Source: Phoronis australis
Lineage: Eukaryota; Animalia; Phoronida
Assembly (NCBI GenBank): GCA_002633005.1
Contig: NMRA01000010.1
Location: 737,252-801,251, forward strand
Reading direction: 5' to 3'
Length of the DNA: 64,000 nucleotides
The translations under genes were made by a program, and so were the position numbers. Each line of letters opens with the position of its first letter. Position 1 is the stretch's first letter. The notes beneath the pieces are model-generated. The model was not told the origin of the DNA. It searched no databases and worked only from the letters and a program-made list of their open reading frames with translations. Below are positions 21,901 to 33,622 of the stretch, one piece after another.

Positions 21901-24326
21901 GGCACGTACTTGATATCGAACTGGTTTAACGCGTTACACAGTTTAAGTTGAGGATTAACTCCATTCCGTTAGATTACCAGCTCTGTAATGAGCAAAGCAT
22001 CATTTCCGAAGATTGTTTTAATTGATCTCAAACAAAGATCGTGGTTGAGGGAAGATCTGCTAGGAATTTGGTTAAAAAAGCAAAAAAAAAACAAAAAAAG
22101 AAACAAAAATGTGTCATCACACAAGTAGCCAGAAGATAGTTTCTTGAACAAAAGTTGACACGTATCTCATCCACTGCTAAGTTAGTTAAGTACCATACTA
22201 CTAAAGCTATCAACAAACATAATTCAATAGTACCGAGCCCTTTTATGTATCAACGTCAGGTGATTTCTCAATTTCTTTTGATGACAGAAACTAATGGTTA
22301 AGATAACAACAACTTTTTAGTCAAGTTTATCACATTTAGAATGCTTTTTTCACGATTTTGAATGTTAGGCAGTAAATGCAATTCTGCACTATTGATGCAG
22401 ATGATGCTGAAGTTTGAATGAACGATACTCTTATTGCAATTATACTGTTGCTTCTAATAAGAAAAAAGTGCCTTTTGCTGAGTATATATGAATGGTTTTC
22501 AACTGTAAACAGGCTATGTGCACAAGCTAGGCGAGACAGTTTTAATGAAACCACACATGTAGCTTTTAAGTGGCTATGTTGTGCTCATTTGAACGCGATA
22601 TTGTCTTTTATTGATCCATTTTCGGACACTTATCAAGAATCATCAGCAATAAAACCCGACTTTCATTTAATTGCGGGGAATCTTTGTTTCAAACAAACTA
22701 ATTACATCTTAGTTCAAATGTTAAGAATTGCCGATTTATGTTAAGCCCCACATTTGCACGGCGGGATTCTGTCTCATACAGAAAGTCACGGCACAACGTC
22801 AACAGTGTCGTGTCCTGATTAACTTTGCAAGCTTATTAGACTAATAATTGTAAAGGAAAACGGTCGATATGTCCAACCTTGGCTTCTAAGTGTATGCTTT
22901 GATAATAAGAAGTGACTTATTCAGTTGTGCGCTGATCGAGCTCCGGGTCATAACTTTTATTCGACGGGAAATCTTATGGAACCCTTTTCCGGTAAGCTGT
23001 TTGTATCGTAGCTGTCGACCTATTGTTCCCGAAGCATGTGGTTTTGAGAGAGGCGGATCACTTTAACAAATCAAATCAAATTAAAAGTAAGAGGTCATTA
23101 GCTCAATGCAATGAAATAGAAACTGCGTATGTGTTTTTGCAGCAAGTATTCATAATTCGTCATTTAGGGGTTGTGAGCTAGCGAATCTGACTTTCTTGTT
23201 CAGTCGTCACTTCTTTTTCATTTCTCTGTCTATGAAACATGTTGACATATAGGAATGAAGCCTTGAGAAATATTCAGTTTTAACTAAATGTATATCGATG
23301 AACATTTGAAGCGTTTATCAGATTTTAATGTTTCGTAAATCGAACGAATGGGAGAACACCACGACTTAGACGCAGAACGTTACTCCACATCCGTCACGCA
23401 CTGTTGATTTGAGTCGGACAAGCAAGAAGCTCTACATTGTGAGATACGTCATTATTTGGCCACAATGTCCAACTTCCTAGTGCCAGCATTGTAACTCACG
23501 AATGTGACAATTTCGACACATTGTATACCGTATGACGAGTAGCGCCGTTGTATTTCGAGATGGGATCATAGACAAAATCCAATGTATGAACCACTTTGCT
23601 GGGGGTACTTTGCCTCTCGATTTTTGAATTGTTACTGGCCTTACTGTTTGCATCGCATCCTATCGAGCAATTAGTTCGTTACGACAAAATGAAATGCCAT
23701 GATTTATCGGAGAACACAGCATCCAGTTTCAGACTGACATCAAAGCGAACAGATCACTGATCAGAATTCTAAATTGCTGCCTCGGTCTGTTCTTTGAGAA
23801 CTTGTTAATTACTGTTTAGACTTTGATGAATCTGTAAAAAACGTCTGTCGAAGTTTTTGTGACAGAAGAGTGGGTTACCGAAAGAAATCTTTCAGGTGAG
23901 AAACTCCTTGAGGAATTTGTTTGAATTATATATTAATTGATGAAGAGATACAATCGGTTTTATGGACAAAACCCATTGTTTGATAGGAATGGACTTCCTA
24001 AAGTTGTTCATTTTGACCACAGCCATAACTTAGCGACAAAATTTTATTAGAAGTCGACGATTCCCGACGTTGCCTTCCAGTCAAATTACTGCCGGTACAC
24101 ACGCTCGAATTAACTGGAATCGAGGTGCTGGCCTTACCAGCAGTTTCTCGTGCAGTTCAAAATGGCCGAAGACGACAGTGGTGGTGCAAATCAAAACCGG
24201 CGTAATAAAAGCCAGAAAAGCTAGTTTCCTGAGTGTGGTGAGGTGAACAACTAAAGCACACTGGAAGAGTAATTCACTCGAACTAACATTTGGGAACGAA
24301 ATCGAGTACTGACTGGATTGCCGCAC

Positions 24327-24614
24327 GAGAGAGAGAGAGAGAGAGTGNNNNNNNNNNNNNNNNNNNNNNNNNNNNNNNNNNNNNNNNNNNNNNNNNNNNN
24401 NNNNNNNNNNNNNNNNNNNNNNNNNNNNNNNNNNNNNNNNNNNNNNNNNNNNNNNNNNNNNNNNNNNNNNNNNNNNNNNNNNNNNNNNNNNNNNNNNNNN
24501 NNNNNNNNNNNNNNNNNNNNNNNNNNNNNNNNNNNNNNNNNNNNNNNNNNNNNNNNNNNNNNNNNNNNNNNNNNNNNNNNNNNNNNNNNNNNNNNNNNNN
24601 NAGGGAGAGAGAGA
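24327..24614. repeat. (GA)n microsatellite spanning an assembly gap (N at 24348-24601)
   Basis: GA repeats abut both sides of a 254-N run. Confidence 0.85.
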
Positions 24615-25485
24615 GGCGGCCATGTACCTCCCAGATTTTTGCGAAATCAAAAGCATAAGAAAAACATGAAACATGTTCACGTAAAGTCCAAGTTCTTTTG
24701 ATGTTAAATTTTTGAACAGTTGTTGAAGTGTTGATCAAGACAAAATGCTTTTAATTTTTCTCAGGTTCGCGTATTACACTCACGCTTCCTCATCGCCGAT
24801 TACGTCACTTAAATTCATCCAACATTGGAAATGTTTGGCCTACAGACAATCTGCTCGCAGTATGATACCAGATGCACTGCATAAAGATTATGCAACGATA
24901 AACTGAAGACCGACCAAACCGCGGTGTATTGTTTTTTTTATCAATGTTCATTGCAGAGTTTCAAGGAACAATTACATTTGACGATACATACCTTTGTGGC
25001 CACGAGTTATTGGCAGAGAACACAAATGATTGGCCTTTCTTGCGAAAAAACGAAACGTTGCATTTTCAAATGTTCCCAAAATTTATCTTAAATGTTCCCG
25101 GCATATACATCATATCTGCTACAAAGAGATGGGCTTATATATACATGTATATGTATATAAACGATTTACGATGCAAGAATTGAAGCGCTTTGGGAAGAGT
25201 ACCGCGTCAATGTCGCAAGAAACGCGTTAAGATTTTTAACAGTCGAACGTATTCTACAGGCTGCATTGCAAAATATTAATTTCGGTAAACTATTAACAGT
25301 TTTCTCGGAGGTGCTCGCAATAAACTCATTGCAATACACACAATTGGATTATTGGTTCTCTAATTGTCACGCCGGCTTCGTAGGCGAAATTAGGGAATTC
25401 AGGAAATATTGGAGTTGTTGCTGGTTATGCCACTCAGCGATGATCTAAGCACTGTGCATGCTTATATGAAACACTCGTTATGCAC

Positions 25486-25536
25486 ACAGACGGACAGACA
25501 GACAGACAGACAGGCAGGCTGACAGACAGACAGACA
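25486..25536. repeat. (CAGA)n microsatellite
   Basis: cagacggacagacagacagacagacaggcaggctgacagacagacagac. Confidence 0.9.
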
Positions 25537-26767
25537 CGTTACAATATAAGTTTTACATGAAAAAATAAGAGCAATGAAGATTGGAACAACAATGCTGTAA
25601 TGAGAGGTAAACACCATTTTCTGGTTTTATTTCTTACAAAAGGATTCGCTTTGAGATTTTGAAACGCTAGAAAAAGTCCCTTTTTCAAACTCAAAAATCT
25701 ATAGAAAGGCTTTTGATATTGTATATTTTAAAACTTTGGATGCAAAATGTGTAGACGTATTCGTTTTCGACAATGTCACATCTTTTTTTTCGTTTCAGGT
25801 TTTGATAGGCTAAAAAGACAACTGTTCAAGAATTCGTACGAAAAGGTTAGGTTTGTGGAATCTACCATTGCAAAAGGGTTGTGTTTCGGGAACAAAGCCG
25901 TGCTAAAGGGTGATCATTTTACAAATGAGTGGATGTCCCACTTTTCCAGCTGCACCTCCCCGTCAAAAATGTAGTCGAATACCCTCGGGAATTTGAACCT
26001 CAGCGGTACCACTTGGCTACACTGCCCCCACTATCAGTTACGCTGCGGCTCTGGTAAGTTGATTTCGTTTATCAGAGGCAAGCCGAAATGTCTGGCCTAT
26101 GGTCATCGCATGTGTGAATATTTATGTACTGGCAAAACCTTATTTTTATCCAATTTTAAACGTGGGTGCTAAAACATGCATGATTTTCTCTGCGAAAGAG
26201 TACCCTCAAAAAGGAAAATGACAATGTTATAAATATAAATTTTTTAAACTATGTTTATTGATGTCATTTTGATGTCAAAAGATGTTGTGAAAATTTTCAC
26301 ACTGCATTATAGTCATCAAAATATTTAACTTGTGATTAAGTTATCGATGCACAGTACAACTATCAAAGGAAATTTCCAAAACACGCGAGAAACTTGCCTT
26401 GTGATTTACTGCGTGAGACGGTAGTGGGTGACTGGAACACTAGCGGTCTTCGATATAGCTGACCAGTCAAAGTAAGGGATTCCTCTGAACCCCGTCGATC
26501 ATGGGTCCGTGTTATTCAATGTTAATATTTATTAATATTTTCAAGAGCTGTGTCGAGATACTGGCGTCGAAAAAATATTCATCAGTCACATAGTATTCGT
26601 TTTCACAATCAAACGCATTTGGAAAAATCCTCGTGCTCTTTATTATTCACGCACTCTCAGTAATGTAGCAATTTAAATGTCGAGTTGTCAGCTTGCCAAA
26701 CTAAATGAGAAGCAAATCACTTTAGCTACTAGTGTTTATGATAGTGCAAATGAATGCAATAAGAAAA

Positions 26768-26976
26768 TGGATGACGATAATGATGACCATGAGGACGACA
26801 AGGACGACGACTATGATGGTGCTGACGATGATGATGACTGATGAACAGGACGACGGGGATGATGTTAGATGAGGATGATATGATGATGATGATGACGATG
26901 TTGTTGATGATGATGGTGATGATGGTGCTTAAGATGACGATGAATGATGAAGAGGACGATAGAGATGATGACGATA

Positions 26977-27008
<32 letters not shown>

Positions 27009-27047
27009 GGTGATGATGATGATGATGATGACGATGTTGATGATGAC
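26768..27047. repeat. Degenerate (GAT)n microsatellite
   Basis: ~280 bp of gat/gac/ggt triplets; produces the poly-S, poly-D and poly-I/H ORFs. Confidence 0.92.
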
Positions 27048-29553
27048 AGCAGACGTAGCATGATAGCTGCTCATATACCCGGAGGTGTGATTTGGTATTG
27101 ACGAAAGGCAGAGTATTCCTTCAGCCAAGTAGATGCATAGAGCAGAACTGATGCAAATTCATGAACGTCGCAGATTACTAAATATTCATGGAAATCGTTG
27201 GTTTAACAAGACATTGCTTACGGACAATTATTGGTCACAAGGGTTTGAACAAGAATCGTGTACACGATGTGTAGTCTAATTGACACGGATTTATAAAGAT
27301 ATTTCAGCATTTGCACACATTCAGATAGTTATAATAACCTTGAAGTAATTGTATTTGCGAAGAGAAATGTAGTTTGCGATTTCTACAGTGTCGTCAATAA
27401 ACTTGTTCTTAAAAACATACTCGAAAAGGTGAGAGCAGTATTTTGATAGCTAATCTTGCAGGGCGTAATGGCTATTGTTTTTTTTCTGGAATCATGTAAA
27501 ATGTTTATGCGGTACAAGAATGTTGGCGTTGCGTTTAATGCGTGTTCTCCTAACGTCCTTGCCTCTGTGCTCTCGTTTTAATTACTCTGACAAGCGTGAT
27601 CGTCATATCTTCCTGTCAAGATAACAATCTGAGACTGCACTCGGCATGTTTGCCACACGAAATGGCTTTGCAGGAATTGTTGTTTGAGAAAATAGCGCGA
27701 AAGTCACGCTCTATGCGCAAATTTCACGGCCTTGAAAATGAATTTGCTGGGTAAAGTCCTGTTATTCATCTCACGTCGTATCACTTTCTGGAATATAATT
27801 TTCCATTGGTACATTATTTTCGCAACTCTAACTGACGTCATCAACACACTTAAACTAAGTAGGAATGTCACAATGGAAATATTAGACGCACTAAACAAGA
27901 ATCTCGTTTTAATGTTGTCCAAAACGAGAGTCTTCGTATACATAGCTACATGTAACTATTTCGTGCCTGAAAAAGCGTCCCCATCAGACACCAGCTTTTT
28001 TGTAAATAGTATCTAATCTTTAGGATTGCCTGGACACGCATTTACTTAGGTCCCCTGCTAAATGTCCCACACATCCCTGCGGACTTGGCTCGCTGTGCCA
28101 GCGTGTTGTCTGGCATGTGCTCTTAGGTAATCAATTGCTAATGCGGCTGTGTTAAAATGAAACTGTTATTAAAGCGCGACCTTTCAAATGGGATCTGATC
28201 TTTTATGTTGTGTCCCCAATGCAATTCTACATCATTTCAAAACAAATCAATGATTTGCCACCTCGTTTTACCCTTCCACAAAAGTTATTGGACGCGGTGA
28301 TCGGACTTGCCGCTTGAGGGCACTTATGCTTGCCGTTTGAAGACGCTTTCGCCGTTGTTTGACTGTCAATGTTAGGCCTACCTAAATACTTTGTGGTTTA
28401 AAAACGCCAGCACTTTTGTACGATATTCGGTGAATTGTTGCTGTGTCAGCCGACAACTCAAGTCTCAGGCAACGCGTGCTGTGCGCCTTTTCGAATTCAC
28501 TATCGTAGGATTGGCTAATCGCAATTTTTTCGATATTCTTATTCGCCCTATCACTGTACGAACTATTGTGCGATCAATCTTTTGAGCTCGAGTGTGTGTT
28601 TTAATATATTTTTGGCAGCTAAGCAGCGAAAAAACAGTTTTAATGGCATCTCAGTTTTCAGATTTATTCTACATTTTTTTTCTGTTTCGTTTAATTCCAT
28701 CACTCCATGAAGTGTCCCGTTCACTTTCGTCGAGATGAAAAATGACTCCAATAGGCCTACGATCGTCAAATCCTCTTCTAAGATGGGTTCTTCTTATTGC
28801 AATGCTAATAACCAGCAGAATGCCTCTAAGGCAAAATCAGAAGTTCCAACTTCAAAAGAAACCAATGATGTAATCATATAAAGTCACATCTAATGTGCAT
28901 TCTTGGCATTTTTAAAGATGGCGCTATGTGTAGGGGTTTAACGAAAAGTCACATGGCAATCCCTTGGCGACCAATAATTTTGCTATTCAGAGAACATATA
29001 ACAGCGGCGCTTGTGACGTCCCTATCGCTAGATCGATACTTTCACCCAATGTAGTAGGATGTGGATCGATGCACTATTTTCCACTGTGATTTGTTTATCC
29101 AACTTTTTATTTTTGAACTGGAGTGTGTGACTTGGATATGTTATATGATGAGCCATGACGGCCAAACCCACACTTCTACTCCTTGTCTTGTTCATCAACA
29201 TTTCATTTTAGTATAAATATTCCTCCGCGGCATAGTCGTCGTCATCCACCATAATCAACTGTTCAATGTCCCGTCAAACTTCCTGTGACGACAAAACTGG
29301 CTTTTGACAGTAGTAGCATAGCTGTACTTCACATATGAGCAACATGAATAGCTTTACTTGTCCATTTTGAGTTGGGGGGTCAGATATTGGTACCTCGTTC
29401 ATTTATACTAAGTGCTCTGGACTGCTGGTCCAGATTGAAGATCATTTTCCGCCACAGTTTGAAAGGTTGAAATTGAGACTTATATATATAGTTTGTACGA
29501 ATGATTAAGATGGGTTATATTTTTGTTTTGGGTAATACTGTCTTACTGGCTAC

Positions 29554-30251
29554 GTAAAGGGAAAGGTATCTACATTTAGTGTCGTTTTCTAAATTACAAT
29601 TTTCTAGTTATCCTAGATAAAATTTCAAGCCAATTAAATTCCCCAGGGTTCTAACTAATTATGCATGCAACACTCCGGAAGTGACCATCATGATCCCTGT
29701 CTACATGAAATGATTGCCGCACACACGACAATTTTGCACCGCTTTAGCAGTTGAGTGAACAGTCAAGACTACATTGATGATATACGAACTAGTCAACTCC
29801 GGTGGCCTTCGTAATCCACTGGAAATCATTGAAACGGAACTCCTATACTGTTGGAGAGCTCATGTCGTGTTGATTGCATCCCCGTGCGCAACAACTTCCG
29901 ACCACATCAATTAATTAGACTCAAGAGAAAGACAACAACGGCCTCACTTGATTTTTGAAACATTTATTCAATAACATTCGCAGACAATATAATCAGGCAG
30001 TAGAACGGCTAACTTGTTACAAGCTGACACACGCAATGACGTATCCGATGTCAAACACAGTCCAAAGTGCACGTAAACAAAGATGGCGGAAAATAATTCG
30101 GACAGTGAACGTCACTTCCGCGGTCATGGTGACGCATGTTTAATTAATTGGAACCCTAAGGGAATTTAGTTAATTTTAAAATTAACTAAAATAATCAGAA
30201 AGTCGCAATTTAAACAAAAAAGACATCAAAAACGGTTGTCGTCCCCTTTAA
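29554..30251. mobile_element. Diverged long-TIR non-autonomous element, Kolobok-like ends
   Basis: Left arm AATTAAATTCCCCAGGGTTCTAACTAATTA...CCGGAAGTGAC pairs with right arm GTCACTTCCG...TAATTAATTGGAACCCTAAGGGAATTTAGTT; ends GTAA|AGGG ... CCCT|TTAA. Confidence 0.6.
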
Positions 30252-32276
30252 TAGCAGTTTCGTGATTGCTACCAAGAGTTCAAATGATCCTTTGGTGATA
30301 AGTACCAGCAAAGTTCGAATAAAAACAACCATGGGAATATACGCACTGTATATCTGTTTTTTATCCGGTATATCATGACTAGTCATTCTTCAATTGTAGG
30401 TTCAGATGTGGTGGACTTTGTTTTTATTCAAACTTTATCAAAACAATTCATGGCCAGCAGATGAAATGCGGCGTATGTTTATGTTTGCTCGTCATGACAT
30501 CCAACTTCATGCTCGAATTCTTTGACCATGTTACTTTGCCAACAGTGCCCCGGAGGAAACTGGTGTTTATTTGTGTAGGTTACAGTCACTGGAAATAGAA
30601 ACAGTTCTGGAAAAACCAGAAAGTACCGGGAAGAAAGCAATCTTTTTGATCGCTACGAACCTGACCACGTCACTTGTACATAAAAGTATAACCCTCACCC
30701 ACTTTGACTAATGTTTCTCCATATGACTAGGCACAGTGAGTTCAATTTCAATGAAGAAATAACATGGAGTCCATTTTATCATGCATCAGCGAAAACACTT
30801 TAATTACCCAAGCTGAACGCAAGCAAATGTACTGTGTTATTTTCAAAGGCCTGAAGAAAAAAAAGCATTTTTCAACTAACACTGACATGTCTCATCTTCT
30901 GGATGAGTAGTAAAAATAGAACGATCTTCATCTCCCTGAACACCGCGTTAAAAAGTTTTGCCTACATTCAATTAAATGATTTTCAATTAGTTTACTCAAG
31001 TTCTGTATGGAACAATTTCTTTTGTTGGCTAATGACAAACGATTTCTATACTGCACACGGGAAGTTTCCGACAATAAGCCCACTCATCCAAAGTACGATT
31101 TTTCCAAAAGTACGCACATCGGCGTATTTTCGGTAACAGCGTGTTTTGAAAATCTCATGGATTGTCCTGAAATATGCATGTAGCAAGTTTTGTTGTAAAT
31201 TTTGTTTATTTTGACAAGACATTTTATTTTGGGACCGCGATTTCACTCAAATGACGATCAACTTAACGAGATACTAACAGTATTGGCACAATATGAAGAG
31301 CAGTTTCCGAAAACACTCCCAGGCATATATCCCCGTTGCATTTTACGTTTTCGAAAAGTCGTTTACCGAATATCCGCCCATGGGCCTGTTTTCGGAAATT
31401 CCCGGTATACAGCGTGCCTGTACACGTCCTTTCTGCAGTGTATATAATGACTGAATCTCGAATCTGCAAGAAGTAATCCTTAGACCGACCGATAGGGGCG
31501 GTACGGTCTATATTAGTTTTCCCCGAGTTTTTCTACTATCGACGTCTATATGTTTCTTTTTTGGTAACCTAGCCGCGTGGATTCTAATAAATAACTAAAA
31601 CATAAGCAATAAAGGTGGGAATACATCACGGAATTCTACTGATCTCACGTGACAAGCTCTAATTTCAGGGAGCATTTCTCGCTGGTTCCTTGCGGGCCGC
31701 TAAGTGGAAGCCAGCACGCAGGTATCACTCTCGTAAGTGCAGAGCACACTAAAATATTTTTATCTGAAAAACTTCCCACCCAGAGACAACAACAGAATAG
31801 TTTGTTCTCACTGCTATCGAATATTTCCACGGAGATGAGTATTTCGGGAAAAATCTGACACCGTGTAAAAACGACGGCTTGTCTCTACCACTCCAAACTT
31901 AAAAGCACAATTTTAATTATTACAAAGCACCAACATGTCTACAACAATGTCTACAAAATAAATTATTTGGAAGTACATCAACGCAACACGTCCAGAGCGA
32001 TCTGGCAAAATGTGACCAGGCAGACCGTATACAATGGTTGAGCGAAAATACGCGAGGACCTTCGAAGTCAAATAAAGCATAAATTTGTCGTGTCCAGTGA
32101 TGGTGTAGAGTTGAGTTATCGAAGAAATCCTATATAATATATCCCTGGATCTGTTTGTGGGTTTGGTGAGGTTATCTCTGGACTGCTAATAAACCCTTTC
32201 CTCTTAATGATCATCATGCATCTATACTACAGCAAAAATGTCAATTGTTAAGTCATTGTGTTATCCACCACAACTA

Positions 32277-32489
32277 GATTTGTTCCAACAGAGAGTGGGC
32301 TTTGCACATTTGCAAAATTACATGGACAAATATACTGTTCAAATATTATTAATTGTATTGTTGTACAAGTTAATATATCAAATGATTTTGTTCCAACAGA
32401 GAGTGGGCTTACACATTTTCAAAATACATGGACAGATTTACTGTTTAAATATTTTTAATTGAATTATTGTACAATTTAATATATCAAAT
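32277..32489. repeat. Tandem duplication of a ~106-bp unit (2 copies)
   Basis: GATTTGTTCCAACAGAGAGTGGGCTT...AATATATCAAAT occurs twice head to tail. Confidence 0.88.
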
Positions 32490-32587
32490 ATATCACATAA
32501 CAATTTAAAACATTTTCATGAAAATAAAATGTTAGGTTTAAATTGGAACTTTAATAATCCAGCCAATTACTCGCGTTTCTTTTTCTA

Positions 32588-32663
32588 GTGATATAGTTTT
32601 AAATCGTGATATAGTGTTAAATCGTGATATAGTGTTAAATCGTGATATAGCGTTAAATCGTGA
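32588..32663. repeat. 18-bp minisatellite, ~4 copies
   Basis: GTGATATAGTGTTAAATC repeated. Confidence 0.9.
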
Positions 32664-33092
32664 CAGGCTCGGTGAAGCCGAAAGACTCCGGACGAACACC
32701 GTTCAAAAACTACAGCAAACATGATAATACCATGCATAAAATACCCAATGGTGTCTAAATTAAAACTGTGAGAAATGTGGCATGATATCTTCTATCAGTT
32801 CTTGACTCAGGTTTTTGTATGATTTGTACAAAAACAAGTTACGTGGTTGTAGTGAGGGGCAATGCTGGCCGGTATACTGGTGGCCGCTGACCGGCTGGTG
32901 GCACCAACCACTCGGTTGTCACACCCGATATCATTGAACTCTTCGCACAATAATTAACAATGAGTGAACTATTCACCTTCATTACTCTACTTCTCAGCCA
33001 ATTTTATGCAATAATTCGGAATAGAATTGAGTTGACGCAGTGTAGTTACCGTCCACAACAGTCGGTATCCGTTTGTATCTGACTTGATTGTT

Positions 33093-33622
33093 GCGCCCCC
33101 AAGTGAGCGAAATCACTTAAGGTACCCTACTAAAAGTACTACATGGGTAAGCAACAGTAGAACAAGAGTTGGGTTAAAAATAACTTTACCTCAACCAATT
33201 TTTTTATAGTGATATATATTTATTGAAGGATACACAGAACATACAAAGAAATAATAAAAAAATCCAGAAACCGCGAAGCATTATATCTGGGTTGTAAACA
33301 ATTCATAAATGAAACTTATATACATAGAGGTATATACAATTAAGTAGTATCTAAAATAAGTATTCCAATACTTAGATATGCTATTACAGATATATAAAAA
33401 CAAAAATATGTACATATTCATGTAGGGAAATCAGATGCAACAATATTGATAAACGGTACATAAAAATTTGCTAACGTTGCTTAGGAGGAATTTGTTGAGA
33501 ACGAGGACAAGGTTAGCGCCCCCAAGTGACCGAAATCACTTAAGGTACCCTACTAAAAGTACTACATGGGTAAGCAACAGTAGAACAAGAGTTGGGTTAA
33601 AAATAACTTTGCCTCAACCAAT
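33093..33622 (-). mobile_element. 5'-truncated LINE-like 3' end (33200-33515, antisense) between 107-bp direct repeats
   Basis: Direct repeats 33093-33199 and 33516-33622 differ at 2 positions. The insert read on the minus strand ends in AATAAA...A-run and begins with a short open frame NLVLVLNKFLLSNVSKFLCTVYQYCCI*. Confidence 0.7.

Noticed and set aside
24081-24738. Long ORFs of 122-199 aa
   Set aside because: Artefacts of reading through the N gap
26729-27128. Poly-Ser, poly-Asp/Met and poly-Ile/His ORFs, including an acidic biomineralisation-like peptide
   Set aside because: All frames are by-products of a (GAT)n microsatellite; no signal peptide or splice context
32588-32663. Short regular repeats here, at 17878 and at 56844 as CRISPR-like arrays
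   Set aside because: Head-to-tail minisatellites without unique spacers, in a eukaryotic genome with no cas genes
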